Below, in pieces: positions 16,316-35,868 of a stretch of 64,000 nt of DNA; within the stretch, counting starts at the first letter, position 1; each line of letters opens with the position of its first letter. Both the position numbers and the translations under genes were made by a program. The stretch lies in NCBI RefSeq assembly GCF_009914755.1, contig NC_060948.1; one strand, given 5' to 3'. Under the pieces are notes generated by a model. It was not told where the DNA came from, did not search any database, and saw nothing but the letters and a program-made list of their open reading frames with translations. The DNA comes from the human T2T-CHM13v2.0 reference genome, Homo sapiens.

Positions 16316-16755
16316 TATGTATTAATGGTAGATTGCCAGGAAAGTGATTACTGGGTAAAATGATATACATATGTAAAATTTCCAAAGCTACAGGCAGATG
16401 ACTTTCCACAAGGTCTGTGGCAAGTACATTGTCATCAACAGTCCCTGAATAAAGCTGCTTCTCTGAACCCAGCCTCCCCTGGATATTAACATTCTTTTAA
16501 TTTTCTGACAATCTCATGTCTGTGGGCACAATAAAAACATATTTTTCCTTTTATTTCCATTTTTCCAACTGATGTGTTTAAGTCACTTGGTAGTTGTTAT
16601 TTTAAATATAGATATGGGTTTTCTGTTCCTCAATTTATCTCCTCAGATCTTTGACTCTGTCATTAATCCTGGAGTCTCCCAGCATTTATCTTCTTACCAG
16701 GTCTGGAAATGTTGTGTCTCTTTCTCAAGACTTTCCTTAATATTAAAGAAAGAAG

Positions 16756-17060
16756 GGCCGGTCACAGTGGCTCACACCTGTAACCCCAGCACTTTTGGAG
16801 GCCGAAGTGGGTGAATCATGAGGTCAGGAGATCGAGACCATCCTTGCTAACACGGTGAAACCCCATCTCTAATAAAAACACAAAAAAATTACCCGGATGT
16901 GGTGGCACGCACATGTAGTCCCAGCTACTCAGGAAGCTGAGGCAGAAAAATGGCGTGAACCCAGGAGGCTGAGCTTGCAGTGAGCCGAGATCCTGCCACT
17001 GCACTCCACTCCTGGGTGACTGTGTGAGACTCTGTCTCAAAAAAAAAAAAAAAAAAAAAA
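16756..17060 (+). mobile_element. AluY
   Basis: gagatcgagaccatcct.gctaacacggtgaaa and ggcgtgaaccc..gagcttgcagtgag diagnostic segments; A-tail. Confidence 0.92.
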
Positions 17061-17519
17061 GGAAGAAAAAAATGTTGCTTTAATTCTTTCTAAGCTGTCT
17101 TGCCCTGTTCACTGTCTCCAAAATGCAGAGGAAATATGGCTTCTCCAGGTTCTTGCACTCAGTGTCAGAAGCTGCTGTGTTTCAGGTAATTTAGAGGAAA
17201 TTTCATGCAGCCCTCTCTGGAAGGTTCTTAGTTCTGACCCATGTGCTGTTCAGCAGCCATTTGAAATTGCGAAGCCTGTGTTTTCCTATCTCTACACTGA
17301 GGACTTTTTTGGAGAACTCAGTGGGAAAATGCACTTCATACAGGCTATTAATACTGATGGATGCTGTTGCTTCACAGTTGACAAAATTACACGAGGATTT
17401 CTTGTAGCTATAGTAGTGGTTAGATTACCCCCAAACCCATATCAAATTTTTTAAAAACTCTAAAGCTTTTTTTGTCAGGGGCATGCATGTCCTCCACATT
17501 CACAAGAAGGAATGTCTGT

Positions 17520-21550
<4,031 letters not shown>

Positions 21551-21556
21551 CACCTG

Positions 21557-23534
21557 AGGGCAGGTGGCGCAGGCCTGTAATCCCAACACTCTGGGAGGCC
21601 AAGGTGTTCAGATAACTTGAGATTAAGAATTCAGGACAAGCCTGGCCCCATTTCTACTAAAAATACAAAACTTAGCCAGGCATGGTTGTCCATGTCTTTA
21701 ATCCCAGCTATTCAGGAGGCTGAAGCAGGAGAATTGCCTTAACCTGGGAGGTGGAGGTTGCAGTGAGCCGAGATTGTGCCACTGCACTTCGGGTGACAGA
21801 GCAAGACTCTGTCTTAAAAATAAATAAGACATCTAACCTACCTTCAAACCACAAAACAGTTTCTTTCACATTAAGATATTATAAGATAAAGGTGTTGAAA
21901 TTAAGACAATTTCCATGAATACTCACCTAGACAGAATCAATTATTGGCCACCAGCCAAGAAGAAAAATATACAAATCATAAACAAAATAGGCGTAACGTT
22001 TATACAAGCAAACAAACACTTAGATAATTATATTGAAAAAGGAAGTAGGGCTGATTCATAGTTGACTTTTGCCTCACACTGTATTAAGATGTACAGAGTT
22101 GACAATTGTCATACAAAATTATAATATATAAATTAAAACTAAAAACAGTAAACTGATGTAAGGTGGCCTACCCTAAAAAATGAAACAAACAGACACAAAA
22201 TTGCAAACAAAGTTAAAATTAACATTAACCCCCAAAATTCTGATTTGAATGCTGCAATTCAAAACCATAATAAATAGGTAGAAGCTAGAAACACAATTGA
22301 TGTGAGGCAGCCTACTCTGAAAAATACAGAAATATAAAATACAAAACTTAATGAAGAGCAACTTTAACCCATAAAATCCTCAATAAACAGAGAAAAAATC
22401 TAGATAACTACAATTTTCAACTCTAACTGTGCATCCATGAAAAGCATGAATTTTTAATTGTTTGATACAGTTAAGGCAACAACATTTCAAAGAAAACATA
22501 TTATAATTATTCATAAAGCTTTGATGAGAAAGTTTTAAAAAATAAGCATTTAAGTAATACTAGAGAAACTTCTAAATTATGCTACTGATACATTGATATA
22601 TTGCTGCTTTGTTTTTCCTTTATTTTTTATTTTTTATTTATTTTTTTTTTTTTGAGACGGAGTTTTACTCTTGTTTCCCAGGCTGGAGGGCAATGACATG
22701 ATCTCAGCTCACCACAACCTCCGCCTCCCAGGTTCAAGCTATTCTCCTGCCTCAGCCTCCTGAGTAGCTGGAATTAGAGGCATGTGCCAACACGCTCAGC
22801 TAATTTTGTATTTTTAGTAGAGACGGGGTTTCTCCATGTTGGTCAGGCTGCTTGTCTCAAACTTCTGACCTCAGATGATCCGCCCGGCTTGGCCTCCCAA
22901 AGTGCTGGGATTACAGGCATTAGCCACCATGCCCGGCCCATTGCTGCTTGTCTTACAAAGTGGTGAGGCTGTAATCTAGCCTTTAGAAGAAAAGTCTTAC
23001 ATTTCTAAATACAATAACTATATATATTTTAAATACAGTATAAAAATTGATATATAAAGTAATACTGGGAATAAGTTGTGCTACAATTCAGGTAAAAATT
23101 GAGGAAACTGGAAGAAAATGCTACTAATCACATTGTTCCTAAAGTCAATGAAACATACAAGACAAATATTTTAATAAATTATATAATTTATATATAACAT
23201 ATACATTTGAGAATGTTGTATTATTTTATTTATGTATTTATTTTTTGAGGTGGAGTCTCACTCTGCTGCCCAGGCTGTTGTGCAGTGGAAGGATCTTGGC
23301 TCACTGCAACCACTTGAAACTCTGTCTCCCAGTTTCAAGTGGTTCTCTTTCCTCAGCCTCCCGAGTAACTATGATTACAGGTGCATGCCACCACACCTGG
23401 CCAATTGTTGTACTTTTAGTAGAGTTGGAGTTTCATTATGTTGGCCAGGCTGGTCTCAAACTCCTGGCCTCGTGATCTGCCCACCTCTGCCTCCCAAAGT
23501 GCTGGGATTACATGTGTGAGCCACCATGCCAGGC
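21557..23534. mobile_element. Alus at 21557-21826 (+), 22615-22938 (-) and 23220-23534 (-) in AT-rich ZNF-intron-like DNA
   Basis: Alu bodies; the 22615 element has TSD attgctgctt. Confidence 0.88.
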
Positions 23535-24002
23535 CTTGAACATACTATTGTAGAACTTCTGAAACTAAGATTACAGACAAATTACAGACATATGACAATT
23601 CAGAAAGTGAAAACGCTGTCATGATATTCTTGTTGTTAAAGAAGACAGAATCACAAAATAATAAGTGAGAAATAAGGTAATAATTGGAAATTCAATGTAT
23701 GTACAGCAATGTTCTAATTTCCCCTATGGGAAAAGTTTTTGTAAGGAATCCATAAAATGAGTACATACAATAAACCACCCTACAATAGACACTGTTGGCA
23801 TATAGAGTTTAAATTTTTAAGATTAGGTCTTGATAAGAAAAAATAATTCTCCATAAAACTTTTTTTTATATTTAACAAGATACTTTTGCACATAAAGATT
23901 TTCCATCAAATTTTTTGTGGAATTATGTTTTAAACCTTCATAGGATATGAAATTATAAAGCAGAAAACATGTGTCTTCTCTCTCTGGTGTTCCTGGAATT
24001 TC

Positions 24003-26032
<2,030 letters not shown>

Positions 26033-26049
26033 TGTTCTTGGAATTTCTA

Positions 26050-26553
26050 AACCAATTCCCAATGCCTCCCAATGCCTTCACAACTCCCTTCACACACTTT
26101 TGACTTGATGCACCACATATTTATTAAAAAATTGCATAACGTAGAGGTCTCCAGAAATGTGCACAGATTTCCCCAGATTCCCAAAATTAATGAACACTAA
26201 TCAGATCATGTAGGTTCTTACAGATTCTGGGAGGACTTTGGTTTTCAGTATGAATGCACTGGAAGATTCTGGGAGGGAGAAAAGAAGCCATAGAAGATTG
26301 AAGAGCATAGTAAGCATGGGACAGGAACATGTTTCTCTGTGACAGCAAGAAAAATAAAATTAGGCTTTTCTAAAACAATTTCCATTGCAACAGAGATGAC
26401 CAAACCCTATTTAAACTCTGTCTTTCTCTGTGACCTTTGGACCTCTCCCATGTGTTACCTGCTCATTTATTTTCACCTTGCTTTGTGTATGGCTGTTGCC
26501 TCCTCTCTTTTCACACTGCAGGAATTTTTTCTTTGCTACAGACTCTCCACCAG
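26050..26553 (-). pseudogene. KRAB zinc-finger gene remnant: degenerate KRAB-B exon (26481-26553) plus the start of the following intron
   Basis: Minus-strand LVESL*QRKNSCSVKREEATAIHK resembles KRAB-B LITCLEQ.KEPWN.KR.E.VA..P. It is followed by the ZNF91-family intron motif gagaggtccaaaggtca...aatggaaattgtttt...aagcct. Confidence 0.65.
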
Positions 26554-26599
26554 AGTTTTTTTTTTTTTTTTCCCCTTCCCCGCAATAGTAAGTGGGCTC

Positions 26600-26989
26600 A
26601 CCGGAAAATGCCCAACTTTCAGCATCTTCCTCAGGAGAGAATTAACGCTGTAGAGTTATGTGTTGAAATGTTTGTCTTTTTGAGATATTGCCTAATGACT
26701 AGATTCTGTCTTTCCTGACATGGAGTGCTGAAGGACATGATGGACTCATACAGATGACAGTTGTGTCTGATGACAAGAAAGAAAATTGCAGCACTAGAGA
26801 AACTGCAATACCACAGACAGTCAACTGGGGAAGAAAATAGCTAATCAATCTAAAAACAATGAAACAAATTCTCTTTAACTGAGAAATACACAAAGATCCA
26901 GAGAAGACATATCTGAGAATGCATCTGTGAAGCACCCAGAATCTATAGCCTGGCTGATTGCTGTCAATATCACCCTTTACTAAGCCAGT

Positions 26990-27034
<45 letters not shown>

Positions 27035-28325
27035 TCTTGAGAAAGAGTTTTGCTTTGTCGCCCAGGCTGGAGTGCAGTGGAGTGATCTCAGCTCACTGCA
27101 ACCTCCATCTCGCGGGTTCAAGTGATTCTATTGTCTCAGTCTCCTGAGTGGCTGGGACGAGAGGTGCACCACAACGCCCAGCTAATTTTTTTGTATTTTC
27201 AGTAGAGACGGGCTTTGCTATGTTAGCCAGGCTGGTCTCAAACTCCTGGCCTCCAGTAATCTGCCCATCTCAGCTGCCCAAAGTGCTGGGATTACAGGCA
27301 TGAGCTACCGTGCCCAGCCGTGCCAGGCTTTAAATACTAGATTTGATGGATATTTTGTAATTTTCCAGATCTTATAAAAAAAATTACAAGGCATACGGAG
27401 AAGGTGGAAAATATACTTCACTGGAAGAAACAGAATAAATATCCAGAAGTTGACTCTTAAGAAATGAAGATTTTTGCATATCTGATAAAGAATTAAAAAT
27501 AATTAAGCATTCTCAGTGAACAAAAATGAAACAAAAATAGAAAATTGAATAACATTTAAAAATAATAAATGACCGAAATGTGATATCAACAAAGAGATGA
27601 AACCTTTTTTCTAAAAACCCAACAGAAATTGTGGCATTGAAGGATCCAATAACTGGCATTTGCAAATTCACTGCAGAGACACAACAGCAAACATTGGAGC
27701 AAAAAAAGAATCAGGAAATTAAATATATATTATTCACAAATATTTAGGCCTGGAAACTAACTTTTGAAAAAAATGGAAGAAATAAGGGTTAAATATGAGA
27801 CTTACTGGACACTATCAAGTAGACCAATATATTCAGAGAAAGAGTCTTATGAAAAGAATATGGGAAGAAAATGACATAAATGTTATCTGGGAGAAAAAGA
27901 GGGCATGCTGAAACCTTACACATATCAGCAATGAAACAAAAAATCCTAACAACCAAGAATAATGGACCTGGAAAAAACTGTACTTCAAAAATTAGAAAAA
28001 AATAAAGCCTTTCAAAGTTTAAAATAAAAAAACTAAGGTTGCTTACTACTAGAATAACCCTAGAAAAAAATGCAAAAGACAGTCAATTATGTTGAAACAT
28101 TAAATGATGCTGGACAGCATCATAAAATGATATGAAAATGTAAAGCTCTCTGTTAATATAAATATATACACAGATACAAAATTTGCTATTGTTATAATAA
28201 TGGTGCATACAATTCTTAAATCTCTGTGAAAATGCATACAATATATAGAGATATAATTTGTAACATTAATAATAGAGTGGGGGAAGTAAAAATGTATATA
28301 TTTTGTATGCTGTTAACTTGAAGTT
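26600..28325 (+). mobile_element. Old L1M 5'UTR/ORF1 remnant with an antisense Alu at 26989-27319 ((TTG)n tail)
   Basis: aaaattacaaggcatac..., tgagacttactggacactatcaagtagaccaatat, aagaataatggacctggaaaaaactgtacttcaaaa. Confidence 0.72.
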
Positions 28326-28675
28326 GAAGGCAAAAGCTGTTTGCCCTGGGGACCTTAGCACTGGGCAAGGGATGAGGCAAAGCTGCCATTTTGTCTACCT
28401 TGGTTGTTCCATCTCCCCCTACTCTGCATAGGGATTTTTCTTGGTCTTCAGGAATAGTCAGTGTGGCCAGACTCTGTTCTGCACACACAGTCAGGTGTAG
28501 GTAGGTGTGGCATGTATAGAGGGGGCCTGGGATTCTAAAAATAATTAAATATGCAAAAAGTGGAAATCTGAGAATTTTGGGCATGATTCTCAGGACTTTG
28601 GGCTGGGGAAACAGTAAGACCTTGCTTCCATCCATGTGGTTTCTCATCAGAGTTGTTGGGGCCTTCTCCCTGCAG

Positions 28676-28847
28676 TTGTCCCTTAAGGAGATGTTGCAGG
28701 AGATTTAGCCGGTGCTGATGGTCCATGAAGAAATGTGTCACTGCACCTCCTTCTCACTGCACCTGGTTAGCAACATGCCAAACCACTTCCCAGGGCGGCA
28801 AAACAGTGAGGAGCTGCAGGAGGGCTCAGGGCTGTGTATGAGGGAAG
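28676..28847 (+). pseudogene. CLUHP: CLUH pseudo-exon
   Basis: LSLKEMLQEI*PVLMVHEEMCHCTSFSLHLVSNMPNHF..ELQEGSGL vs CLUH [46 protein letters not shown]. Confidence 0.88.
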
Positions 28848-29732
28848 GCTGGTTTGGAAGTTGGGTAGACTGCCTTGGGGAGGGCCCCAAAAAAGAAGGG
28901 CCAGGCAGCACTTCCCCAGTCCTCAGAGGTCTTTGTGTCACAGATAAGCATGTGAATGTAAGAACAGAGTTGTAATTCTAAAAAATTCAGGCAGTACAAA
29001 GCCAGGCTTGATATCAGCCCAATCAAATTCTATAAAAATAAATGATGTCTTAGAAAAAAAAAAACTTAAAAAGCTTCACAGTATTTGAGTGGGGAAATCT
29101 GTCCAGTGCAGCACCAACTGCTGTGGTGAGATTCACCTGGTTGTAAAGCAAAATCTCTCATGTATTCATGTTCTCTGGGGAAAAGCCACTTATGTTCCCA
29201 GGGTCTACCTGCTTGCTAAGAGCAATTGTGGAAAAGAATTGTAGCTCAATGGTGCCCATAGTTGATCACAGGAACTTTCCTCTTTCCCCAAACCGTCACC
29301 ATTAAACTTCAGTGAAACACACACTGGAAGACCGTCTGAAGTAGGAGGTCCTGGGGAGTCCTCAGCACACCCCTTCATGAGGGCTGCCCAAAAAGGCAGC
29401 TCTAAACGCTCCTTCAACCCAAGACACTAGTGCAGAAAAAGCAGTTAGCCCTGTCGGCTCAAGACCCACGTGTGCTTCAGAGGCATTTGGCAGGAGATTC
29501 TTTGTAAGAAATGATCCCTGCCTACTAGCAGACAGGAGTGTGTGTTTGTGTGAGTGTGTGTGTGTTGAAATTAGAACCCCACCTTATGTGTTCATTATGG
29601 AATTTGAAAATGGAAGCCTAAAGTTGAAAATTAAAATCACCCATGAAAGCATCTTGCAAACTATTTTCTGTGCTAGATGCGATGTTTTAGGATACAAGGC
29701 CCTGGTAACATCCTACTCCTTCTCCCTGAAAG

Positions 29733-29873
29733 AGCTACACACACTACTCAAGGCCTGCTTCCACATGAACCACGTCCTAGAGCAGCTTAAGAGCCTGAAC
29801 CCATCTGCTGCCTTCAGCAGGGCTGACTAAAGCTGCTTGTTCTTCCCGAGCATATTCTCCAATGACCTGAGAG
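29733..29873 (+). pseudogene. CLUHP: CLUH pseudo-exon
   Basis: HMNHVLEQLKSLNPSAAFSRAD* vs [22 protein letters not shown]; ag/gt flanks. Confidence 0.85.
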
Positions 29874-30056
29874 GTGGAGGAGACATTGGGGCCAGGATTG
29901 AAAAGAGGGAAGGGGAGCATGGAAGCCAGAGGCTGAGGACCAGGTTTTCTCACCTGGAGGGGTCTGGCCTAGCGGCACTCAAACCAGGGTCAAATTTAGG
30001 TGGAGACAGCTGGCCTTGGGTTGCCCTGTGCTGACCACCAGCCTCGAGTTCCTCAA

Positions 30057-30630
30057 ACAGTAGGAGTGAAAGAATGGCTTGGAGATGAGCCTCATTGACT
30101 GTTTGCCACCTGAGTACATCTTGCCAGGGTCCCAAGAGGGACCATTGTGTCTCCAGAGCCATGACTGGAAGGTGGAACTCCCAAAGGGGGCAAAGAAGAG
30201 GGTCCTTGGTGAAGTGAAGAGCTTATTTCTACTTGACCATTCCTGAAGGGCTTTAGTGCCTAAAAGTGCCCAGCATGAGCAGCTGGAACCCACTTCCTAG
30301 AAACTGCAAGATGCAAGGGGACCTCATGTACCTCTTTGTAATTACAGACAAGGACCCGAAGGGCCCCATCACTGCATCCACATGGGACTTTTACTGGATC
30401 CAGTAAGTCCCTGCCAGCTCCCCACAGGCTCCTGGTATGTCACTTGTTCTGGGCCTGTGGACAGACAACCAGGACACTTGCTCAGTGCCCACTTCCTCCT
30501 TGTAGGCCTACAGCCTATTGCTCAACCCCAAGCTCACCAGCCTTTGCTTCCTAAGCCATTCGCCACTGGAGCTGCTCAAGTACCACAGCCTGAACTTCAC
30601 AAAACACTTTGTCATGCCATGAAAGAAAAG
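30057..30630 (+). pseudogene. CLUHP: Three CLUH pseudo-exons (30057-30171, 30249-30402, 30506-30630)
   Basis: [24 protein letters not shown]|gt; [37 protein letters not shown]|gtaag; FLSHSPLELL..NFTKHF..KK|gtaag. Confidence 0.92.
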
Positions 30631-30634
30631 GTAA

Positions 30635-30979
30635 GGCTGCCGGGCATGGTGGCTCGTGCCTGTAATCCCAACACTTTGGAAGGCCAAGGAGGGCAGATCA
30701 TGAGGTCAGGAGTTTGAGACCAGCCTGGCCAATATGGTGAAACTCCATCTCTACTAAAAATGCAAAAAATGGCTGGGCATGGTGATGCATGCCCTGTAGA
30801 CACAGCTGCTCAGAGACTGAGGCAGGAGAATTCCTTGAACCCGGGAGGTGAAGGTTGCAGTGAGCTGAGATCACATTGATTCACTCCAGTCTGGGTGACA
30901 GAGTGAGACTTCTTCTCAAAAAATAAAATAAAATAATAAAATAAAATAAAATAAAATAAAATAGTAAAATAAAATAAAA
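30635..30979 (+). mobile_element. AluS with (AAAAT)n tail, inserted just after a CLUH donor site
   Basis: Full Alu body. Confidence 0.92.
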
Positions 30980-31272
30980 GTCACTGTTTCATCTCCCCCG
31001 ACTTGTGTCATGTTACAGGGGCTTATTGGATGAACCAGCCAGGCCAAACTCCAGAGTTTCCGCCCAAACAATCTGTCCCCACTGCTTGAGTCCCCTCTAG
31101 GGAGCTGTCAGTGTGACAGGGGGCACCTCTGGAAGTGGTGGCCATTTGCTTCTATCTGACCTCAGGGCAGCTTCTCAGGGCAAGAAGATCCTAGAGCAGA
31201 TGGAAGTCTCAGAGAAGAAGCCTATGTCCAGGTTCTTGGCTCGGTCAGCTCTGTATCTCCCTCTCTCCTGTT

Positions 31273-31690
31273 TGTGCCATGGACTGTGTGCACACAGAGA
31301 ATGCCCGCACCTTGAGGCTGAACTATGAGGAGAACCTTCCTGAACAGGGGCAGGCAGACTCATCCTGCCCTCAGTGGGAACCCCCTTCCTCTGGGTACTA
31401 GACAGAATTCTGTGCACTTTCCTGGAGGCTCCATGCTGGATCTGTTCATTTGGAAGTTTGAGGCTGTCCATAGGGAGGTAACAAAAGAGACTTCTCCTCC
31501 GTCTGGAAAAAAAAAGAAAGAAAGAAAAGGTAGACTTCTCAGAGCAAGTTGTGGGGCACAGGCTGAGCCCTTGCCTCCCTCCCTGGTCCCTCTATGGTCC
31601 CAGGACTGAAACAAGGAGCTGCAGACAATGAGGGAACTGCTCTGCAAGAACGGCCTGAGTGGCTGCTTCAAGAAAGAACCACAGTGAAAG
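31273..31690 (+). pseudogene. CLUHP: CLUH pseudo-exon remnants (31273-31335, 31601-31690)
   Basis: AMDCVHTENARTLRLNYEE vs AMDCVRAEDAYTSRLGYEE; QD*NKELQTMRELLCKN vs RDWNEELQTTRELPRKN. Confidence 0.85.
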
Positions 31691-32148
31691 TGCCTACAGC
31701 CCCTAGTGACTGAGTGGCAGCCTCAGGCCCACCTACCATCTGCAGGCAGGTTTTCTTGCTGACAGAATGAAAGCAAGGAAAGCAGGAATGAGCCCAGCCC
31801 TCTCAGTCACCCTGAAGGCTGCCTGGGGTTCCCTGCAAGGCCTTCTAGCCTTCTGCTTCTTGGCAAACGACCCAAGCATCTTTTTCTGGCCTTCGAGAAT
31901 TTGATTCTCTGGAAGAAGACCCTACTTTTCACTAGGCTTAGTGTCCAGGGCCAGCCAGCTCCCCACCTTCAGTAACAACCAATGGTCTCTCACCTGGGCA
32001 CACACTGCCCAACTTTGGCCCTTCTAAGGCAGGAGCTCATTTGTCTTGCAGGTTCAGCTTGCTAGGGCTTAAAAGTTATCATTGCTGTTATTAAGATAGA
32101 GAAATTAGGGGGAAAGAGTTGTCTTAAGAAATTTCCCCTAATCTTACC

Positions 32149-33235
32149 TTGGAGATCATCGGCACAGGTGACAGCTTAGGCAAGGCTGCTGAGGATGTTG
32201 GGGGAGAGGACCCAGCCTGTCCAGCCAGCTGGTCCTTGCCAGAGGTGGCTCATGACCCATCCCCTGAGAGAAGCAGGCAGACATCCCAGCAAGGAGCTGG
32301 GGTGTATAGATCAGGGCAGCCCAGGCACACTGATGGTGGCTTGGCACTACCTCCCATCAAGAGGTTTCACCACAGCTGACCCTTGGATCCAGGGGGTGAT
32401 TTACAACATGTGCAAGGCAGTCAGCTCCATCAGCTGTACAGCCTTCAACATTCACTTCACCTTGGACATCTCACCAGAAAGCATTGAGGACTGGCCAACG
32501 CAGAAGCTCTGCAAAGTGAGATAGAGCATCGTTGGGTGGGGGATCTGGGGCCTGTCTGCTCATCTGATAATTGCTTCCTGAGGGTGTGCTCTGCAACCAA
32601 ACAGTGACTGTTTTCATGTTTGTCTGTTTATTTATCAGTTTTAAATATCCTAATATTTCATTTATAGTAGTTTCTGTCTCGTATTTGTGTATTGGTAAAA
32701 ATTGTATTAGAAGAAAGAGGGCTTAAGACAACAATATTTTAGAAGATCTTAAGGGGGCATAGACTTTCATGTCAAAACAGCTACTGTTGACCTCTTTTTG
32801 CTACCTTTGTGCAAAGTATACACAGAAAGTGCAGCCAGAGGTGATGAGGCCAAGTGTGTAGAGCAGAGCTACCTGGGCTTGCTTGCTGGTCGGCAGTCAG
32901 GTGGACTCTGGCTGTGAGGTGGTGCCCACCTGGATCTACACCCCCCACCCCCTCTCCTGAGTAACCAACACAAGGTAGTGCTAATTAGTGGGCGAGTGAT
33001 AGGCATCGGGCACCCCAATACCATCTGGGAAGAATTGAATGCCATCTGGGCTGGGGTTGTGGGGGGGGCAGGGGCTGTGGCTGCATTGGCTTGTTATGGC
33101 ACCACCCACAGATGCATCTGCACTGTGCTTCTTCTCCAGCAGTCAGCTGCCCATGGTCCTGAGCCTGTCATGCCATGCCTGCTACCTCACACTGCTTGTG
33201 TTTGAAAAAAACATCCTGAGATGGTGCTGCTGGAT
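32149..33235 (+). pseudogene. CLUHP: CLUH pseudo-exon remnants (32149-32179, 32376-32515, 32957-33035, 33112-33235)
   Basis: DPWIQGVIYNMCKAVSSISCTAFNIHF vs [50 protein letters not shown] vs [52 protein letters not shown] (TPR region). Confidence 0.9.
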
Positions 33236-35330
33236 GTGACCACTGGCAAGAGGACAGCACCTTTGTCCTAGGGGATTAGGAGCTGACCAGATTGCTCCTG
33301 ACTGCCTCTAGAACAAGTGGGGGCTGGTGCTGCAATTAACGATGCCTCCAAAAAGATATGTTTGCAATGGCTCAATGAATATTTGATGCAGAGGCCTACA
33401 TGAAGACACATGAATGGAGTGTGTGGACATCAGTTAGCAGCTGAGAAACAGGTGCCTCTCAGGCCTCATCCTCCAACAACTGTGGAACGTGCCCAAGCCA
33501 TGAGTATATACACCTGGAGTGTATACATCTGGCTGCTGCTTTTGCTGCCACTATCCCCAGGCTCAATATGGCTTAAAATCTGGATTTTAAATAGCAAAGA
33601 TAGGAGGCTTTTCTGTGTCCTGGAATAGGAAGCCAGAGATCTGTGTAGGGCTGGCACTGGGTGCACATTAGTTTTGTGACATGATGAGAGCTGCAGTGGT
33701 TTTGTTAATCGTGATAGGCCTGGGCTGGTTGCAGCTCTGAGTGATGGGCAGGGAGTCAGCAATGGTGGTCATGTAGACATCCATGTGCCCAACTCTGGCC
33801 CGCCTGCCCTCAGACATAGCAAGAGGCACCACCACAGGCCCTGACTTGCCTCCCTACTCCTTGCATGCCAGATGGGAATACCTGAAAGCTACAATCTGAA
33901 TGTATTCTTCTGCCATTTTGACCTGAGCTGCCTAACGCACAGTGTGTGGGGGGGCGGGGGGGAGGTGAAGGGCCTGGGGGAAAGCAGGGCTGGATCATGG
34001 ATCCTGGTGGAAATTTAGAGATACAGGAGTGGTTGTCACCTCTGTGTGGAGCCCAGCTCCCTTCCTGATCCTTGCCACACAGCCCCGTCTGCAGAGACCA
34101 GGTTTGGCAAGTTTGGGGATCCCTAAGACCCTGGGCTACTCCCTGTCAGTCCTGTCTGTGCTCTTTCCCTTTCCTGTTGGCAGAGCCCAACATGGAGGAG
34201 GAGGCTGCCGCCCTCTGAGCCTGAGGAAGCTGTGTCTGACTGGGGCTTCTGTCTGGGGTTTTGCAAAGAGCTACTTTTGAATATGGCCTGTTCAGATACC
34301 TTGTTTCAAAGGAAGTGAGGGTGAACTGGCAAGTGCAGCAACTCCACACTTGATAAATAACTTTTTCTTGTCTCTAAACCATCACATTTTCATTTCACAT
34401 TGGAATAAAGTAAGTGAAACCTGCCACACCAGCCTCGCCCGTGTGTTCTGTAACCCAGACTCATTTGGTTGTGAGGGCTGTTGTCAGTAATCTTATGAAA
34501 AGAAGAATATGTATAAATTAGATCAAAGGTAAAATTATGCTTATAATGTCATTTGTGTGGGTGATAAGAGGGTGGACTAACAGGCACTCAGGTGGAGTTT
34601 ACTCACCTGTCGTTTACCAGACTCATGACTGTAGCTCTGGTGAACATCACCTGACACTGGTGACAGAAGAGAAAAGGCCAGTGTGAAGGCTAGGTGGGGG
34701 AGAGGTGCCAGGCTGTGGGGCTAGGTTTTAGAGTCATCTGGACACTCTTGGAGAGCTAATGAGATGGGAGGAAGGCAGTCCCCCAGGTGAACCTTACTAC
34801 CGGAGCCTATGGGCTCGCGGTGGGGGAGGTGTGTGGGGGTGGCCTGTCCCTATGAGAGGAAGAGTTTACAGCTTTTACAGCTGGTGGCTGATGCTCAGCA
34901 ATCCCTCTGCAGAGCAGGCAGGTCATCAGCCATGTGTATAGCTGAATGTCTTTTGAAGTGTTTAGAGAGTGCTCTATGTCTTAGAAATTCCTTTCCCTTG
35001 GCCTTGTCCAGTGAACACGGCTCACATGGCTAACACCACTTCTTGAGATGCCTTCACCATGCAAAGCTGAGAATGGATTGGGTTTAGTTACCATTGTGCC
35101 TCCTCCTCACCTGAGAGGCCTATTTTCTTTGGTTGATTCCTTAAGTGTATTAGTGCTGTCAGTCACCTTTGGACAACTCAAATGACAAGCGGCTGTTGTT
35201 TCATAAAGAAAAAAAAAGAAAATGAAGTCTTTGAATGTGAAACCCTCATTTTCTCCTCTCCTTCTCTTAGGTGAAAGATTTTATTTTTAAAAAAAGAGTA
35301 CACAGTCGTATCCCAGCAGGTGTAGTGTGA

Positions 35331-35868
<538 letters not shown>

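Larger units (their letters stand above)
28650..34425 (+). pseudogene. CLUHP: Unprocessed, internally deleted pseudogene of CLUH (clustered mitochondria homolog, KIAA0664)
   Basis: About 11 colinear exon remnants, many with splice signals, match recalled CLUH peptides. Stops and frameshifts throughout; AATAAA at 34404-34409. Confidence 0.93.

Noticed and set aside
26690-26775. C/D-box snoRNA-like ATGATG...CTGA motifs
   Set aside because: Box C imperfect, spacing too short, no convincing terminal stem, and it lies in old L1 5' sequence.
26699-27121. PolyQ-containing ORF
   Set aside because: Antisense Alu with a (CAA)n tail.
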